A stretch of DNA of 64,000 bases from Marsupella aquatica (lineage: Eukaryota; Plantae; Marchantiophyta), in assembly GCA_973895155.1 (NCBI GenBank), contig OZ316898.1, positions 10,134,286 through 10,198,285 on the forward strand, written 5' to 3'. Within the stretch, counting starts at the first letter, position 1, and every line of letters begins with the position of its first letter. The notes below the pieces were generated by a model. The model did not search any database, was not told the DNA's origin, and worked only from the letters and a program-made list of their open reading frames with translations. Below are positions 62,180-64,000 of this stretch, piece by piece. The position numbers and the translations under genes were made by a program.

Positions 62180-62980
62180 ATCATGGTTAGAGATGACTGT
62201 GGTTGCCGCAACATGTTGTGGATGACACAGGACAGTGACTGAGACGGGAGTAGTGTAGACCTTTATCTTTGCCTTTGCATTCTTGTCCATGGGCTTCACC
62301 TGACCATGGGTGCCCCAGATGTTCTGTAATAATACAGAGGTCCTGTCTGACACAGAAGAAGGGCCTTGTCTCCACAGCACTCTTTGGTGACACTAATGGT
62401 GTAAGATTGTAAGGACACAATGAACAACCACACTATGATTAGAGACTACCGTGGTTACCGCAACTTGTTTTGCATGAAGGTAGACTCACCACCGTGGTTA
62501 GAGATGACTGTGGTTACCGCAACTTGTTTTGCATGAAGGTAGACTCACCACCGTGGTTAGAGATGACTGTGGTTACCGCAACATGTTTTGCACAAGGCAG
62601 GGTAGACTCACCGCCGTTGTTAGTGATGACTCTGGTTACCGCAACCTGTTTTGCACAAGGCAGGGGGGACTCGCCACCGTGGTTAGAGACAACTGTGGTT
62701 ATCACAACATGTTTTGCACAAGGCAAGGTAGACTCACCACCGTAGTTAGAGACCCTGTGCTTACTGCAACTTGTTTTGCATGAGGCAGGGTAGAAGCACC
62801 ACCGTGGTTAGAGAAAACTGTGTTTTGCACACAAGACAGGGTAGAGTCAAAACCGTGGTTAGAGACGCCTGTGCTTACCGCAACTTGTTTTGGACGAGGC
62901 AGAGTAGAGTCACCACCGTGGTTAGAGACGACTATGGTTACCGCAACGTGTTTTGCACGACGCGGGGCAGAGTCACCGAG
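62180..62980. repeat. ~58-63-bp minisatellite, about 10 copies
   Basis: Unit resembles GGTTAGAGATGACTGTGGTTACCGCAACTTGTTTTGCA...GGTAGACTCACCACCGT. Confidence 0.92.
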
Positions 62981-64000
62981 ACGGAGACCACAGTAGTGTT
63001 GACCGTTATCTTGCCGTCGCGTTCTTGTCGCCCATCGGCGGCATTGGACCATCGTGAACCTCGTGGAAGTGTGGGTCTCACTGCTGCGCACTCACTGACC
63101 TTTCCTCCTTTCTCCAATTAATTCAGCTCTTCTTTGCTTTGGAAGCAACCGATTCGCTCGAGCTCTTCTCCTGTTCGTCACGGAGCTCTCTGGACGACTG
63201 GACCCCATTTCCGTTTCTTCTGTTTCTCATATTTTGACCCCGTCTGCCTTTTCTTGCGAAAAAGTGTTCTCGTTTTGGAATTCGGATTCTTCGTCACGGA
63301 TCCGACAGCAATCAGAGCAGTGGGCGTGGAGACGGGACTCGTGTGGAGTCGCGGCGTCTTTTTGCCTTGAAACTTCCAATTGAAGAATTCCAGGATCGGC
63401 AGCGTCTTCGCTACTTTACAGGTGGATCGATGTTGGAGCTCCACCGGCCCATCGATCGCGGAACACGAAGACGATCCATCCAGTTGCGCGTTCTGTAAAA
63501 AAGGGGCAGAAGTTTGCTTTAGAACCGGTAAGATACTGGTGTTACACTCTTTCTCCTGCGCCTCCTGTCACTCTTCTGTGATGAGTTTTTGTTCTCGGCG
63601 GAGGACCGGACGAGTAGGTATCATGACGAATTTGATTGGATTGTAGTTGTGGTTGATCTGGTCGCCAGTCTGGTGCAGCCCATGAGTGCCCAGAGTCCTC
63701 CTGCTCATGCTGCAATACGTTAAAATCCGGGAGATTATCATTTCTACGACTTTGTCCTGCGCCTCTTCTAATTAAATATCTTCTTGCTGTCCATCAGTAC
63801 TCAGTAGGAAGTTTTCGTACTCTTGGAGGTAGGAACGACGACGCGACCTGTGCGGACGGATCGATTGCATTTAGTAAGGTTGATCTGTTCGTGCATCACA
63901 CTATTGCACTTCTTTGTCCTGCACCTCTTCTAGTTAACTCTCTCCGCAGTTTTCGTACTCAGCGGGTGAACGAAGGACGGAGGGACGAAGCGGACGTCGC

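Noticed and set aside
62180-62980. CRISPR-like appearance of the regular repeats (also 60892-61258 and 56783-57165)
   Set aside because: The units are contiguous with no unique spacers, there are no cas genes, and the context is eukaryotic.
63000-64000. Interrupted minus-strand reading frame (gag-like?)
   Set aside because: No zinc knuckle or other diagnostic motif, and it lies at the window edge.

Overview
Eukaryotic, intron-rich and TE-rich plant DNA. The mix of Sola-like, RLE-LINE and Copia elements with an atypical PDR gene suggests a non-seed plant such as a bryophyte; this is inference and the species cannot be determined. Apparently intact host genes are a BIO3-BIO1 biotin-synthesis fusion (26332-32466, -), an intronless RSL1D1-like gene (40017-40769, +) and a multi-exon full-size ABCG/PDR transporter (42370-55672, -). 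An alpha-expansin pseudogene lies at 23205-24488 (-). Mobile DNA includes a full-length Ty1/Copia element (two LTRs, PBS, PPT, 5-bp TSD), a related partial LTR, a Harbinger transposase, L1 and RLE-type LINE remnants, three MITE/foldback elements and several minisatellites. The most striking item is at 1.6-9.0 kb: a Sola-like DDD transposase gene lies head-to-head with a spliced, decayed gene encoding a ParB/Srx-like domain fused to a bacterial-type beta-class amino-DNA-methyltransferase (DIPY ... DICSGSGT). The spacer between them holds TCATGA palindromes and a MITE with a 4-bp TSD. This is a candidate DNA transposon carrying its own 6mA/4mC writer, though its outer TIRs were not found. The second highlight is a PDZ-like domain spliced in frame between NBD1 and TMD1 of the ABCG transporter. 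All domain calls come from motif reading by eye, not from searches.
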